Source: an uncultured Bulleidia sp.
Lineage (GTDB): Bacteria > Bacillota_I > Bacilli_A > Erysipelotrichales > Erysipelotrichaceae
Direction: 5' to 3'
Assembly (NCBI GenBank): GCA_934754415.1
Contig: CAKVIS010000002.1
Coordinates: forward strand, 17,018-81,017
DNA length: 64,000 nucleotides
The notes under the pieces were generated by a model. It had not been told where the DNA came from and made no database searches. It worked only from the letters and a program-made list of their open reading frames with translations. The translations under genes and the position numbers were made by a program. Below, one piece after another: positions 1-9,075 of this stretch. The number at the start of each line of letters is the position of its first letter. Within the stretch, counting starts at the first letter, position 1.

Positions 1-1074
1 CTAACACACAATCTCACCTTCCTGCTGGCTGTAGTACTGTGCATTGTATTTTTCCTTTGTAACCTGCAGAAAAAGGAAGCCTGTATTTCCTTTCTCAAAG
101 CTTCCTTTCTTGCCTTTCTGTTTACCGCTTTTTTTTCTATCCCCATGCTGGAACAGCTTCACGAAGAAACGTATTATTTAAACTATTACGCTTCCAGTTC
201 AGACCTTGCAAAAGGGGCATTGCCTTTATGGAAGTATTTTGCCAACACAACCATCTTCGGCTATTCGGATAACACTCTGGAACATGAAAAACAGATGATT
301 GTAAATATTGGTTACTATCTGACATTTACACCAATGTTGTATTGTTTCACAAAAAAGAAGAAGAACCGTTTTGTCATTGCTTCTCTGATACTAGGATATG
401 TGTGTATGGTATTACCATGTACACTGATTCCATGGCAATCTCTTTCCTGTTTCAGAATATTGCAGTTCCCATGGAGACTTCTGCAGATATCTATGGTTTT
501 GTTATGTATCCCTTCCTGTATTGCAGTTTCAGAATTATCCTCAAAAAGATATATTCCAGTGATTCTTTCCATTGTATTACTTTCAGAAGGTCTCTGTCAT
601 GTTCTGCCTGTCACCCAAAGAACATTCGGACTGACTTCCTCTATGGACTGGTCAGATGTTCTGGAAGGAAAACTGTGTGACCCCTATTATTCAGCTACAT
701 ATAAAAGAGTAGAACTTGCCGGAGGAGATTATCTTCCTCTTCCTTCTGCAGATTATCGTACGATTACCAATACGGTTATGGATGAAAACTATCAGACAGT
801 TGCTTATCCTGTCTATGACTACAACCGCTTCTCTTTTACAGTATCCAATACTCAGACTGTTCTCTTACCCAAAACGTATTACAAAGGCTATCACGTGTAT
901 AAAGACGGCAAAGAGATACCTGTAACAAAAAGCAAAGAAGGATTAGTACAGATACAGGCAACTGCAGGTACGTATACATGTACTTTCACTTCCACACCTG
1001 TAAGAAAAATCTGCATCGGTATATCCGTACTTTCCATCATTATCTTCTGCATAAAAAAATGGTTAATGAGATAA
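1..1074 (+). CDS. YfhO-family membrane protein, 5'-truncated by window edge (C-terminal ~358 aa)
   Basis: The frame is open from nt 1, and the track ORF 145..1074 is simply the first internal Met. There are multiple hydrophobic TM segments. The soluble C-terminus (YYKGYHVYKDGKEIPVTKSKEGLVQIQATAGTYTCTF) matches the YfhO-type C-terminal domain pattern. Confidence 0.55.
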   Translation, partial: LTHNLTFLLAVVLCIVFFLCNLQKKEACISFLKASFLAFLFTAFFSIPMLEQLHEETYYLNYYASSSDLAKGALPLWKYFANTTIFGYSDNTLEHEKQMIVNIGYYLTFTPMLYCFTKKKKNRFVIASLILGYVCMVLPCTLIPWQSLSCFRILQFPWRLLQISMVLLCIPSCIAVSELSSKRYIPVILSIVLLSEGLCHVLPVTQRTFGLTSSMDWSDVLEGKLCDPYYSATYKRVELAGGDYLPLPSADYRTITNTVMDENYQTVAYPVYDYNRFSFTVSNTQTVLLPKTYYKGYHVYKDGKEIPVTKSKEGLVQIQATAGTYTCTFTSTPVRKICIGISVLSIIIFCIKKWLMR

Positions 1075-1092
1075 ACTCATCAACCATTTTTA

Positions 1093-3489
1093 TTATGCTC
1101 TTAATTCTGCGTTCAGACGTTCTTTGAACTGTTTGAGGATATTCTCATGTACCGGAGTAATATCTTCTTCTTTCAGTGTTCTGTCTTTTGCCTGATATAC
1201 AATATGCAGAGCCACAGATTTCTTACCTTCTTCAACATGTTCTCCTTCATACACGTCAAAGATTTCAGCATTCTTTACAATCTTTTTGGAGTTCTTGGTA
1301 ACTACTGTCAATAACTGAGCAGCTGTCACATCCTTATCTACAACAAGTGCAATATCACGAGATACACTTGGATACTTATCCAGAGGTTCAAAACGTAATC
1401 TTCCACCTGTGGAATGGATGACTGTATCCAGAATAATCTCTGCATAGATGACAGATTTCAGATCAAACTTTGCCGCAAAAGATGGATGTACCTCACCGAA
1501 AACACCCAACTGTTTGCCATCCAGTGCAATTACTGCAGAACGATATGGATGGAAATGTTCAGTATCCACTGTATTTTCAGTAATACGCACTCTGCCTCTT
1601 GCAAATCCGTTTCTTTCCAGCCATGTCAGTAAGATTCCTTTCATTGTATAGAAATCTGTTGCATGATCCTGTTTATGCAATTTATCTTCTACAAGTTTAC
1701 CGTCTAATACGATGGCAAGACGTTCCTGTTCCACACCCTTTGCATAAACATGAGAAATTTCATAGAAGTTATTGTTTAAAGAACCATGTGCTTCATTGTA
1801 GCTGACACATTCCAGCAAACTGTTCATAAGACTTGTACGAATGTTCTTTCTTGCTTCACTCATAGGCATGGCAAGAGGAATTGTCTCACCTGCTTTTAAG
1901 ACACTGTCATTTTCAAAAGTATCGGATACCAATGTATACGTAACAATTTCATGCAGATTGAATCCGCTCAGAATGTCTCTCAAGTCTCTTCTGACAGCCT
2001 GTGCTCTGGATAATTTACCTACAGTAGCTTTCATCTGAGGCAGTGTACTGGATAAATCATCATAGCCTAACATTCTGATGATTTCTTCATCCACATCTGC
2101 CTGACCTTCCATATCCACTCTGTAAGAAGGAATATGACATGTCAGAGCATCTCCGTTTACTTCCGGTTTGAAATCCAGTCTTGTCAAAACATCTTCCACC
2201 TGTTCCATAGTAAAGTTTGTGCCTAACAAATCATTACAATGTGTCAGAGTTTCTACGATTGTCTTTTCAGTATAGCTGTTATCTCCATACACAACTGTCT
2301 GTTCCAGACTATCGGCTTCAGCATATCTTTGCAGTAAGTCTACAGAACGATCCATGGCTTTCTGCATCCCTAAAGGTTCCAGACCTTTTGTAAATCTTTG
2401 AGCAGCTTCTGTAATCAGATTCAGGCGAATACTTGTCTTACGGATAGATACTGCATCAAAGTGGGCAGCTTCAATAAAGATAGATGTCGTATTTTCATCA
2501 ATCATGGATTCTTCTCCACCCATGATACCTGCAATGCCTGTAGCTTCTCCATCAGTAGTAATCAGAATATCTCCGTTTTCAATTTCAAATTCCACACCAT
2601 CCAGAGCTGTCATCTTCATTGTTCTGTCATCCACAACTGTGATTTCATGTTTCTTCAGTTTGGAAAGATCATAATAGTGTAATGGCTGTCCTGTTTCCAG
2701 CATGACAAAATTACTGATATCTACAACGTTATTGATGGAATTCATTCCTGCAGCAAGTAAATACTGTTTTAACCACGCAGGTGATTCCTTAACCTTCACA
2801 TGGTTAATTACTTTTCCGTAATATACAGGACATTTTTCTGTTTTTGAATCAATGGTGAAATCCGTAGGTGTACCTTCATCAGCTTTACCTTCCACCTGAG
2901 GCCATTTTACTTCACGATTTAAAATAGCACCTACTTCTTTTGCCATGTTCCACATTGCGGAACAATCAGCTCTGTTTGGGGTTAAAGATACGTCGAGAAT
3001 TGTATCATCCAGACCCAGATATCCTAAGACATCTGTCTCACCCACTGGTGCATCAGCAGGTAATTCTTCAATACCGTCAATCTGTTTCTGAGCCAGAATC
3101 TTTTTACTTACTCCCAGTTCAAACAAAGCACACAGCATACCGTTGGATTCATATCCATGCAGAGGTTTTGCAGTGATTTTACCACCAGGAAGTTCTGCAC
3201 CTGGAAGAGCTACAATAACTTTCAAGCCTTTACGACAGTTTGGAGCACCGCAAACAATCTTATAGTAATCTTCCGGTCTGTCCCCGACACGTGTCACAGT
3301 ATTGTGCAGGTGTGTATCCGGAATATCTTCGCATTCCACAACTTCACCAATCACAAGACCTGTACCCTGTGCCATTGGTTCAATGCCTTCCACTTCCAAT
3401 CCTGCAGTGGTCATCTTATCTGCCAGTTCCTGAGGTGTTACCCCGTTAAGATCTACATATTCACTTAACCATTTATAACTTAATTTCAT
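1093..3489 (-). CDS. pheT: phenylalanine--tRNA ligase beta subunit
   Basis: 798 aa. The N-terminus MKLSYKWLSEYVDLNGVTPQELADKMTTAGLEVEG is the classic PheT start. It lies immediately downstream of pheS. Confidence 0.95.
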   Translation of the reverse strand: MKLSYKWLSEYVDLNGVTPQELADKMTTAGLEVEGIEPMAQGTGLVIGEVVECEDIPDTHLHNTVTRVGDRPEDYYKIVCGAPNCRKGLKVIVALPGAELPGGKITAKPLHGYESNGMLCALFELGVSKKILAQKQIDGIEELPADAPVGETDVLGYLGLDDTILDVSLTPNRADCSAMWNMAKEVGAILNREVKWPQVEGKADEGTPTDFTIDSKTEKCPVYYGKVINHVKVKESPAWLKQYLLAAGMNSINNVVDISNFVMLETGQPLHYYDLSKLKKHEITVVDDRTMKMTALDGVEFEIENGDILITTDGEATGIAGIMGGEESMIDENTTSIFIEAAHFDAVSIRKTSIRLNLITEAAQRFTKGLEPLGMQKAMDRSVDLLQRYAEADSLEQTVVYGDNSYTEKTIVETLTHCNDLLGTNFTMEQVEDVLTRLDFKPEVNGDALTCHIPSYRVDMEGQADVDEEIIRMLGYDDLSSTLPQMKATVGKLSRAQAVRRDLRDILSGFNLHEIVTYTLVSDTFENDSVLKAGETIPLAMPMSEARKNIRTSLMNSLLECVSYNEAHGSLNNNFYEISHVYAKGVEQERLAIVLDGKLVEDKLHKQDHATDFYTMKGILLTWLERNGFARGRVRITENTVDTEHFHPYRSAVIALDGKQLGVFGEVHPSFAAKFDLKSVIYAEIILDTVIHSTGGRLRFEPLDKYPSVSRDIALVVDKDVTAAQLLTVVTKNSKKIVKNAEIFDVYEGEHVEEGKKSVALHIVYQAKDRTLKEEDITPVHENILKQFKERLNAELRA

Positions 3490-3507
3490 ATTTCCGTACT
3501 CCCTTAA

Positions 3508-4539
3508 TCAGTCAAAACGATCGAAATTCTTTAAGAATCGAATATCGTTAGTATAGAAATTACGGATATCGTCAATACCGTATTTCAACATAGCCACACG
3601 TTCAAGACCTACGCCGAAAGCAAATCCGGAACATTTCTCAGGGTCAAATCCGTTCATTTCCAGTACATGAGGATGTACCATGCCGGCACCAAGAATTTCA
3701 ATCCATCCTGAGCCCTTACATACGTTACATCCTTTTCCGTTACAGAAAGGACAGGAAACGTCTACTTCTACAGATGGTTCTGTAAATGGGAAATAGGATG
3801 GACGGAAACGTACCTTACGTCCGCTTCCGAACATGGCATCTGCCATAAATTCCAGAGTTCCCTTCAGGTCTGCAAGTGTAATATGTTCCCCTACCACAAG
3901 ACCTTCACACTGCATAAACTGATGGGAATGTGTTGCGTCATCATCATCACGTCTGTATACCTTACCTGGACAGATCAGTTTGATTGGCAACTGTCCTTTT
4001 GCTTTTTCCAGTTCTCTCATCTGCATGGCAGTGGTATGTGTTCTCAGTAAAGTATTTGGATCTATGTAGAAAGTATCCTGCATATCTCTTGCAGGGTGAT
4101 CTTTTGGAAGATTGGCCAGTTCAAAGTTGTAATAGTCCAGTTCCACTTCCGGTCCTTCAGCCACTTTATAGCCCATACCGATGAACAGATCTTCCAGTTC
4201 CTGCTGAATCATAGTCAGAGGATGCACTGTTCCTCTTTCCATTTTGTCGCCTTCCAGTGTGATATCGATTTTTTCTTTCTTAAGACTTTCAGCCAGCTCT
4301 GCTTTCTTTAATTCTTCCATTTTTTCAGAAAGAGCTACTGTTACTTCCTGTTTCACAGCATTGACCTGCTGCCCAAAGACAGGTTTTTCTTCTTTTGGAA
4401 GATTCTTCATTTCTGCCATTAAAGCCTGAATACTGCCTTTTTTTCCTAAGTACGCAATACGAATATCCTGTAATTCTTGTGTACTTGAAGCACTTGCAAT
4501 CTTATCCAGTGCTTCTTGTTTTACGGTACTGATTTCCAT
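3508..4539 (-). CDS. pheS: phenylalanine--tRNA ligase alpha subunit
   Basis: 343 aa with class II aaRS motifs. It forms a pheS-pheT operon, and the RBS ggagg sits 6 nt upstream of the ATG. Confidence 0.95.
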   Translation of the reverse strand: MEISTVKQEALDKIASASSTQELQDIRIAYLGKKGSIQALMAEMKNLPKEEKPVFGQQVNAVKQEVTVALSEKMEELKKAELAESLKKEKIDITLEGDKMERGTVHPLTMIQQELEDLFIGMGYKVAEGPEVELDYYNFELANLPKDHPARDMQDTFYIDPNTLLRTHTTAMQMRELEKAKGQLPIKLICPGKVYRRDDDDATHSHQFMQCEGLVVGEHITLADLKGTLEFMADAMFGSGRKVRFRPSYFPFTEPSVEVDVSCPFCNGKGCNVCKGSGWIEILGAGMVHPHVLEMNGFDPEKCSGFAFGVGLERVAMLKYGIDDIRNFYTNDIRFLKNFDRFD

Positions 4540-4544
4540 ACTTC

Positions 4545-4800
4545 CTCCTAAATTAAATTAAAAAAGCGTTCCCATACACAGGAACGCTGAAATAACGCGG
4601 TACCATCCTGATTCGTATACTATGTATATACGCACCTTGATTTATCCGTAACGGGGATATTTCCGGAGAGGATTAATCTCACTGGGAAAGTGAATTTCCT
4701 TACGATTTCAACAGAATCATTGCAGCCTTTCTGATTCCTCTCTTGGTTGTCCTCTTTGCAAGTACTTATCTTTCCTTTATCGCTTTACAGACACGATTGT
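4545..4800 (-). ncRNA. T-box riboswitch leader of pheST with terminator/antiterminator
   Basis: The minus-strand sequence GGATGGTACCGCG (plus 4596..4608) matches the conserved T-box motif GGUGGUACCGCG. It is followed by the hairpin AGCGTTCC-N8-GGAACGCT (plus 4566..4587) and a U6 run that ends 20 nt before the pheS ATG. A GAGAGGA/TCCTCTC stem-I base and an AUUCA element (possible Phe UUC specifier) are present upstream. Confidence 0.7.
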
Positions 4801-4820
4801 AGCATTATTTTCCAAAGAAA

Positions 4821-5519
4821 TCACCAATAATTCTCATTTTTGGCATCTTCATATGCCGCATAAACATCTTCCAGTTCATTTTCAGTAATGACAAAAGCAT
4901 CTCCCAGTAAAGTGAAATACCCTTCATCGACAATCATACCGCCTTTATCTTTCATACAGACTACAGGCTTTTCCTCTACTTCCAGAGAATCCAGAATTCG
5001 GGAAAGATGTTCAGTATCCTGGACATAATCCAAAGACAAGTTGAATCCCTCCAGCCTGTGAAGTCCTTCTCTTTTTTCATCATAAGCTTCATACTGATCC
5101 AGCATGACCTGACCACCGGCAATCACACCTATCATTACGCCGTCAAACCCGGCAATGGCATTTTTGATATCCAGATCTTCCAGTCTTTGCATAATCCAGT
5201 CTGCAAATCGACCGACAATATAAATAATGTCTGCTTTTTCAATCTGATGTAAAACCTCCTGCTTTGAAGCATCAAAATAATTGACCACATGAATCTGTAT
5301 ATCTTTCAGGCCAAACATTCTGAAGGGTCTTACAATCTCCTCGTACATCTTCTGCCCTTCACTAAAAGAATCTTCAAAGACTTCCATATCAGAGCTGTAT
5401 CCCGAGTCATCATAAAATGCCAGCACAAGCACTTCATCCTCTTTATGAATATATGGTTCCATTTCACTGTATCCCCATGCTTCGTCAAAGTTCGGGTGAT
5501 TCAATAATATATTTATCAT
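4821..5519 (-). CDS. peptidase S51 (PepE)-like / class I glutamine amidotransferase-like fold protein
   Basis: 232 aa from the RBS-supported ATG at 5519 (agaaaggaaacagccATG). The track start at 5552 has no SD. The protein resembles the dipeptidase E / cyanophycinase fold, but the nucleophile position reads GVIAGG rather than GxSxG, so activity is uncertain. Confidence 0.4.
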   Translation of the reverse strand: MINILLNHPNFDEAWGYSEMEPYIHKEDEVLVLAFYDDSGYSSDMEVFEDSFSEGQKMYEEIVRPFRMFGLKDIQIHVVNYFDASKQEVLHQIEKADIIYIVGRFADWIMQRLEDLDIKNAIAGFDGVMIGVIAGGQVMLDQYEAYDEKREGLHRLEGFNLSLDYVQDTEHLSRILDSLEVEEKPVVCMKDKGGMIVDEGYFTLLGDAFVITENELEDVYAAYEDAKNENYW

Positions 5520-5574
5520 AGGCTGTTTCCTTTCTGTTAAGGTATAATACAAAATACATAGGAGAATAGTAATT

Positions 5575-5859
5575 ATGAAAAGATATCATATGATGGTAGA
5601 AGGAAGAGTGCAAGGTGTAGGGTTCAGAAGTTTCTGCATGATGCTTGCACAAACATACGGACTGACCGGTTCTGTTACCAATCTTGAAAACGGAATGGTA
5701 GAAATCTTTGTCCAGGGAGAGGAAAAAGATCTGGATATCTTTTTTAAGAAAGTACAGGAAGGGAATCGTTTTATTCGCGTAGAGAATATGACCCTTAAAG
5801 AAATTCCTGTAGTTGAAAACGAAAAACGGTTCACATATGGCTATTTTCAGATGTGGTAA
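5575..5859 (+). CDS. acyP: acylphosphatase
   Basis: 94 aa with the VEGRVQGVGFR signature motif. The RBS taggag lies upstream. Confidence 0.85.
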   Translation: MKRYHMMVEGRVQGVGFRSFCMMLAQTYGLTGSVTNLENGMVEIFVQGEEKDLDIFFKKVQEGNRFIRVENMTLKEIPVVENEKRFTYGYFQMW

Positions 5860-6572
5860 TGGTACATTACAATACCACCTGCCACTGCCACATTCAGACT
5901 TTCGAAGCCATCCATTTCTATAAACAGATGTTCATCGCTGTCTTTTAAACAGCCGGAAGAAACACCCTGGCCTTCATTTCCAAGAATGAAAGCCATTTTT
6001 TCTTTTGGCGTGATGGACTGCATGCCCTTCGCCTCATGCAAGGAAGTTGCATACACAGTAAAATCCTGTGCATGAAGACTCTCTATCACCTGATGCAGAT
6101 CCGTATAGATGACTGGAATATGCAGAAACGCTCCTTGTGTAGAGCGAATGGTTTTCTCATTATACAGATCCACCGTATCTTTGGAACAGTACACGGCATC
6201 ATAAGAAAAAGATACCGCCGTACGTATCAGGGTTCCAAGATTTCCAGGATCCTGTACCCCATCAAGAAGAAGTACTCTTCCCTTTAAATTCACCTTTGTA
6301 TCTGGTTTATGTGCCACACCTATCCAATGTGTACCGGACACACTGGAAGATAATTTTTTCATAATGTCACCTGTGACATAGACTACATTTTCAAAATAAA
6401 ATGGAGGCTGTGTATCTGTAATGATTGTATCCAGAACATTTTCTCTGACAGCTTCCTGCAGAAGATGTTCCCCTTCTATCAAGAAAGTACCTGTTTTATC
6501 TCTTTCTTTTTTCTGGTGCAAGCCTGCCCATTTTTTAACTTTTGCATTCTGTAATGAAGTGATTCTTTCCAT
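5847..6572 (-). CDS. TrmH/SpoU-family RNA 2'-O-methyltransferase (RlmB-like)
   Basis: 241 aa. It has an N-terminal substrate-binding region (TFLIEGEHLLQEA) and the SpoU motifs LLLDGVQDPGNLGTLIRTA and GNEGQGVS. Confidence 0.8.
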   Translation of the reverse strand: MERITSLQNAKVKKWAGLHQKKERDKTGTFLIEGEHLLQEAVRENVLDTIITDTQPPFYFENVVYVTGDIMKKLSSSVSGTHWIGVAHKPDTKVNLKGRVLLLDGVQDPGNLGTLIRTAVSFSYDAVYCSKDTVDLYNEKTIRSTQGAFLHIPVIYTDLHQVIESLHAQDFTVYATSLHEAKGMQSITPKEKMAFILGNEGQGVSSGCLKDSDEHLFIEMDGFESLNVAVAGGIVMYHYHI

Positions 6573-6716
6573 ACCTGCCTCACTTTCCTTTCACAATTAT
6601 GTAGTTTAATTGTTTTTTTTCAAGTACTTTCAATATTTTACACAGATTTAACAATTAACAATTCCCTAATTTACATAGAGTTTATACTATATCTATGTAA
6701 AGTTGAGGTGAAATTC

Positions 6717-7388
6717 ATGATTTATTGTGTAGAAGATGACAGCAGTATCCGTGAAATAGAAATCTATACCCTGCAAAGCACAGGATTTGAAGCAAGAGGA
6801 TTTGAAACTGCAGGTGACTTTTTCAAAGCTCTGCAAAAAGAAAAACCGGAACTGGTAATTTTAGATATCATGTTGCCGGATATGGAAGGAACAGAAGTCT
6901 TAAAACAATTAAAGAAAGACGTTTCTACAAAGGATATTCCTGTAATCCTTGCTTCTGCAAAAGGCACAGAATACGACAAGGTCAAAGGGCTGGATACAGG
7001 AGCAGATGACTATCTTGCAAAACCATTCGGCATGATGGAAATGGTATCCAGAGTGCGTGCCGTTTTACGCAGAACCCAAAAACCAAAGAGCGATGTTCTG
7101 GAACATAATGGCATTCGCATCGACCACGGAAAACATGAAGTGACAGTCAACGGTAAAATGATTGATCTGACGTTGAAAGAATATGAAGTACTTGCCCTTC
7201 TGATGTCACGCCCAGGTATTGTCTTTACAAGAGATCAGCTGTTATCTAAAGTCTGGGAAGAAGAATACACTACCGAAACAAGAACCGTAGATGTGCATAT
7301 CCGTACCCTGAGACAAAAATTACAGGAGGAAGGAGCACATATCGATACCGTACGAGGAGTAGGATATCGATATAAAGAAGAATTATGA
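6717..7388 (+). CDS. OmpR/PhoB-family response regulator
   Basis: The receiver domain has the phospho-acceptor context LVILDIMLPDMEG. A winged-helix C-terminus follows (TVDVHIRTLRQKL). Start is set at ATG 6717, 6 nt after the GAGGTG RBS, rather than the track GTG at 6708. Confidence 0.9.
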   Translation: MIYCVEDDSSIREIEIYTLQSTGFEARGFETAGDFFKALQKEKPELVILDIMLPDMEGTEVLKQLKKDVSTKDIPVILASAKGTEYDKVKGLDTGADDYLAKPFGMMEMVSRVRAVLRRTQKPKSDVLEHNGIRIDHGKHEVTVNGKMIDLTLKEYEVLALLMSRPGIVFTRDQLLSKVWEEEYTTETRTVDVHIRTLRQKLQEEGAHIDTVRGVGYRYKEEL

Positions 7389-9037
7389 GAAAAAAAATAT
7401 TTCAGTATGTATGCAAATACATGGCTATTGTATTGGCAGTATCCATGGCAGCTATCATTTTCACCCTGCACAATCACTTTATTTCTCTTGAACAGGACCG
7501 CCTGAGATCCGAAGCACAGATTGCTCTTGCTGGACTGGAAACAGATTCCAAAGATTTCCTGCAGAACATCCACAAAGATTCTCAATTTCGTTTAACATGG
7601 ATTAACACCGATGGAACAGTACTGTATGATTCTGAGGCAGATGCTTCAAAAATGGAAAATCATCTGGACAGAGAAGAAGTACAGCAGGCACTTGCAGATG
7701 GTGAAGGCACTTCCATTCGTCTTTCAGATACTATTGCCCAAAAGACCATCTATTATGCAATCAAAGCGAACGATGGCACGGTTCTTCGTTTATCCAGAGA
7801 CTATGATACCATCGGCATATTAACATTGCGCATGATGTCTCCTATTCTGATTATCCTGATTGGTTCCTTTATTCTGTCCTCTCTTCTGGCAAATAAACTC
7901 AGCAGAGATATTGCAAGTCCTATCAATCAGCTGGATCTTGATCATCCTCTGGATGCTAAAACCTATGAAGAAATTACGCCTCTTCTGATTCGTATCGATA
8001 CACAAAATTCCCAGATTGAAGAACAGCTCAATCAATTGCATCAAAAGAAAAAAGAATTTCAGACAGTCATTGGTAACATCAGTGAAGGGTTAATTCTGAT
8101 CAATCCAAAAGGAGAAATCCTTTCCATCAATGAAGCCGCATTAAACTTATTCCACACCTCATCAGTCTCTTCCATTTATGATATTACCAAAGACGATAAA
8201 TTCACCAATACCATCGCATCAGTACTTCATGGAAATATCAGTGACTGTGTCCTGCATCTGCTTGACAGAACTTTACATATCTCCTGTCACCCTGTTACAA
8301 GTCATAAAGTACAGACTGGGGCAAGTATTCTTGTCTATGACATTACTGAAGAATATGAAGCTGAGCAGACAAGACGTGAATTTACCGCCAATGTATCTCA
8401 TGAATTAAAGACTCCTCTGCAATCCATTATGGGATCAGCAGAATTACTGGAAAATCATCTGGTTAAAAAAGAAGATGAACCTAAATTCCTGCAGAAAATC
8501 CATTCTGAATCATCCAGAATGTTAACTTTAATTGATGATATCATTCGTCTTTCTGAGCTGGATGAAGGTAATGTAGCAGATGAACAGACCACCATTCAGA
8601 TTAAAGATCTTGCCCGCGAAGCCTATGAAGCTGTTCACACTGCCGCAAACAAGAAGCAGATTACCATCAATATTGATTTACAGGACTCTCCTGTCAGATG
8701 CAATTCAAGATTGTTGTATGAAATTGCTTATAATCTTCTGGACAATGCCATTAAATATACAAACGAAAACGGAACTGTTCAGATGGAAACATACTGTGAC
8801 CAGCAGAATGCTTATCTCTTAGTAGAAGACAATGGTATAGGCATTCCTCATGAGTCTGTCAACAGAATCTTTGAAAGATTCTACAGAGTAGATAAATCTC
8901 ACTCCAGAGAAACCGGTGGAACAGGCCTTGGCTTATCTATCGTCAAACATGCAGTCAATCTCTGCCATGGGAAAATCAGTGTCACCAGTGAAGTCAATAA
9001 AGGAAGTACATTTAAGGTTGTTTTCCCGAAATCGTAA
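7385..9037 (+). CDS. sensor histidine kinase (two TM segments, PAS, HisKA, HATPase_c), PhoR-like
   Basis: 550 aa. The H-box is FTANVSHELKTPLQ, and the N, G1 and G2 boxes are present (GGTGLGLSIVKH). An ATGA start/stop overlap with the response regulator indicates a co-transcribed two-component pair. Confidence 0.9.
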   Translation: MRKKIFQYVCKYMAIVLAVSMAAIIFTLHNHFISLEQDRLRSEAQIALAGLETDSKDFLQNIHKDSQFRLTWINTDGTVLYDSEADASKMENHLDREEVQQALADGEGTSIRLSDTIAQKTIYYAIKANDGTVLRLSRDYDTIGILTLRMMSPILIILIGSFILSSLLANKLSRDIASPINQLDLDHPLDAKTYEEITPLLIRIDTQNSQIEEQLNQLHQKKKEFQTVIGNISEGLILINPKGEILSINEAALNLFHTSSVSSIYDITKDDKFTNTIASVLHGNISDCVLHLLDRTLHISCHPVTSHKVQTGASILVYDITEEYEAEQTRREFTANVSHELKTPLQSIMGSAELLENHLVKKEDEPKFLQKIHSESSRMLTLIDDIIRLSELDEGNVADEQTTIQIKDLAREAYEAVHTAANKKQITINIDLQDSPVRCNSRLLYEIAYNLLDNAIKYTNENGTVQMETYCDQQNAYLLVEDNGIGIPHESVNRIFERFYRVDKSHSRETGGTGLGLSIVKHAVNLCHGKISVTSEVNKGSTFKVVFPKS

Positions 9038-9042
9038 TAAAA

Positions 9043-9075
9043 GGCTGTCAGTATATAATCTGACAGCCTTTTAAA
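9043..9075. terminator. bidirectional intrinsic terminator between convergent histidine kinase and HprK-like genes
   Basis: The hairpin AAAAGGCTGTCAG-tatataat-CTGACAGCCTTTTAAA has A/T runs on both sides. Confidence 0.6.

Noticed and set aside
145-1074. The ORF 145..1074 as a complete gene starting at its first Met, and the alternate-frame ORF 342..680.
   Set aside because: The reading frame is open from nt 1 and encodes continuous TM segments, so the gene is truncated by the window edge rather than starting at 145. The alternate-frame ORF is a shadow ORF.
6708-6716. A GTG start at 6708 for the response regulator.
   Set aside because: ATG 6717 sits 6 nt downstream of a GAGGTG SD. The GTG at 6708 would overlap the SD.
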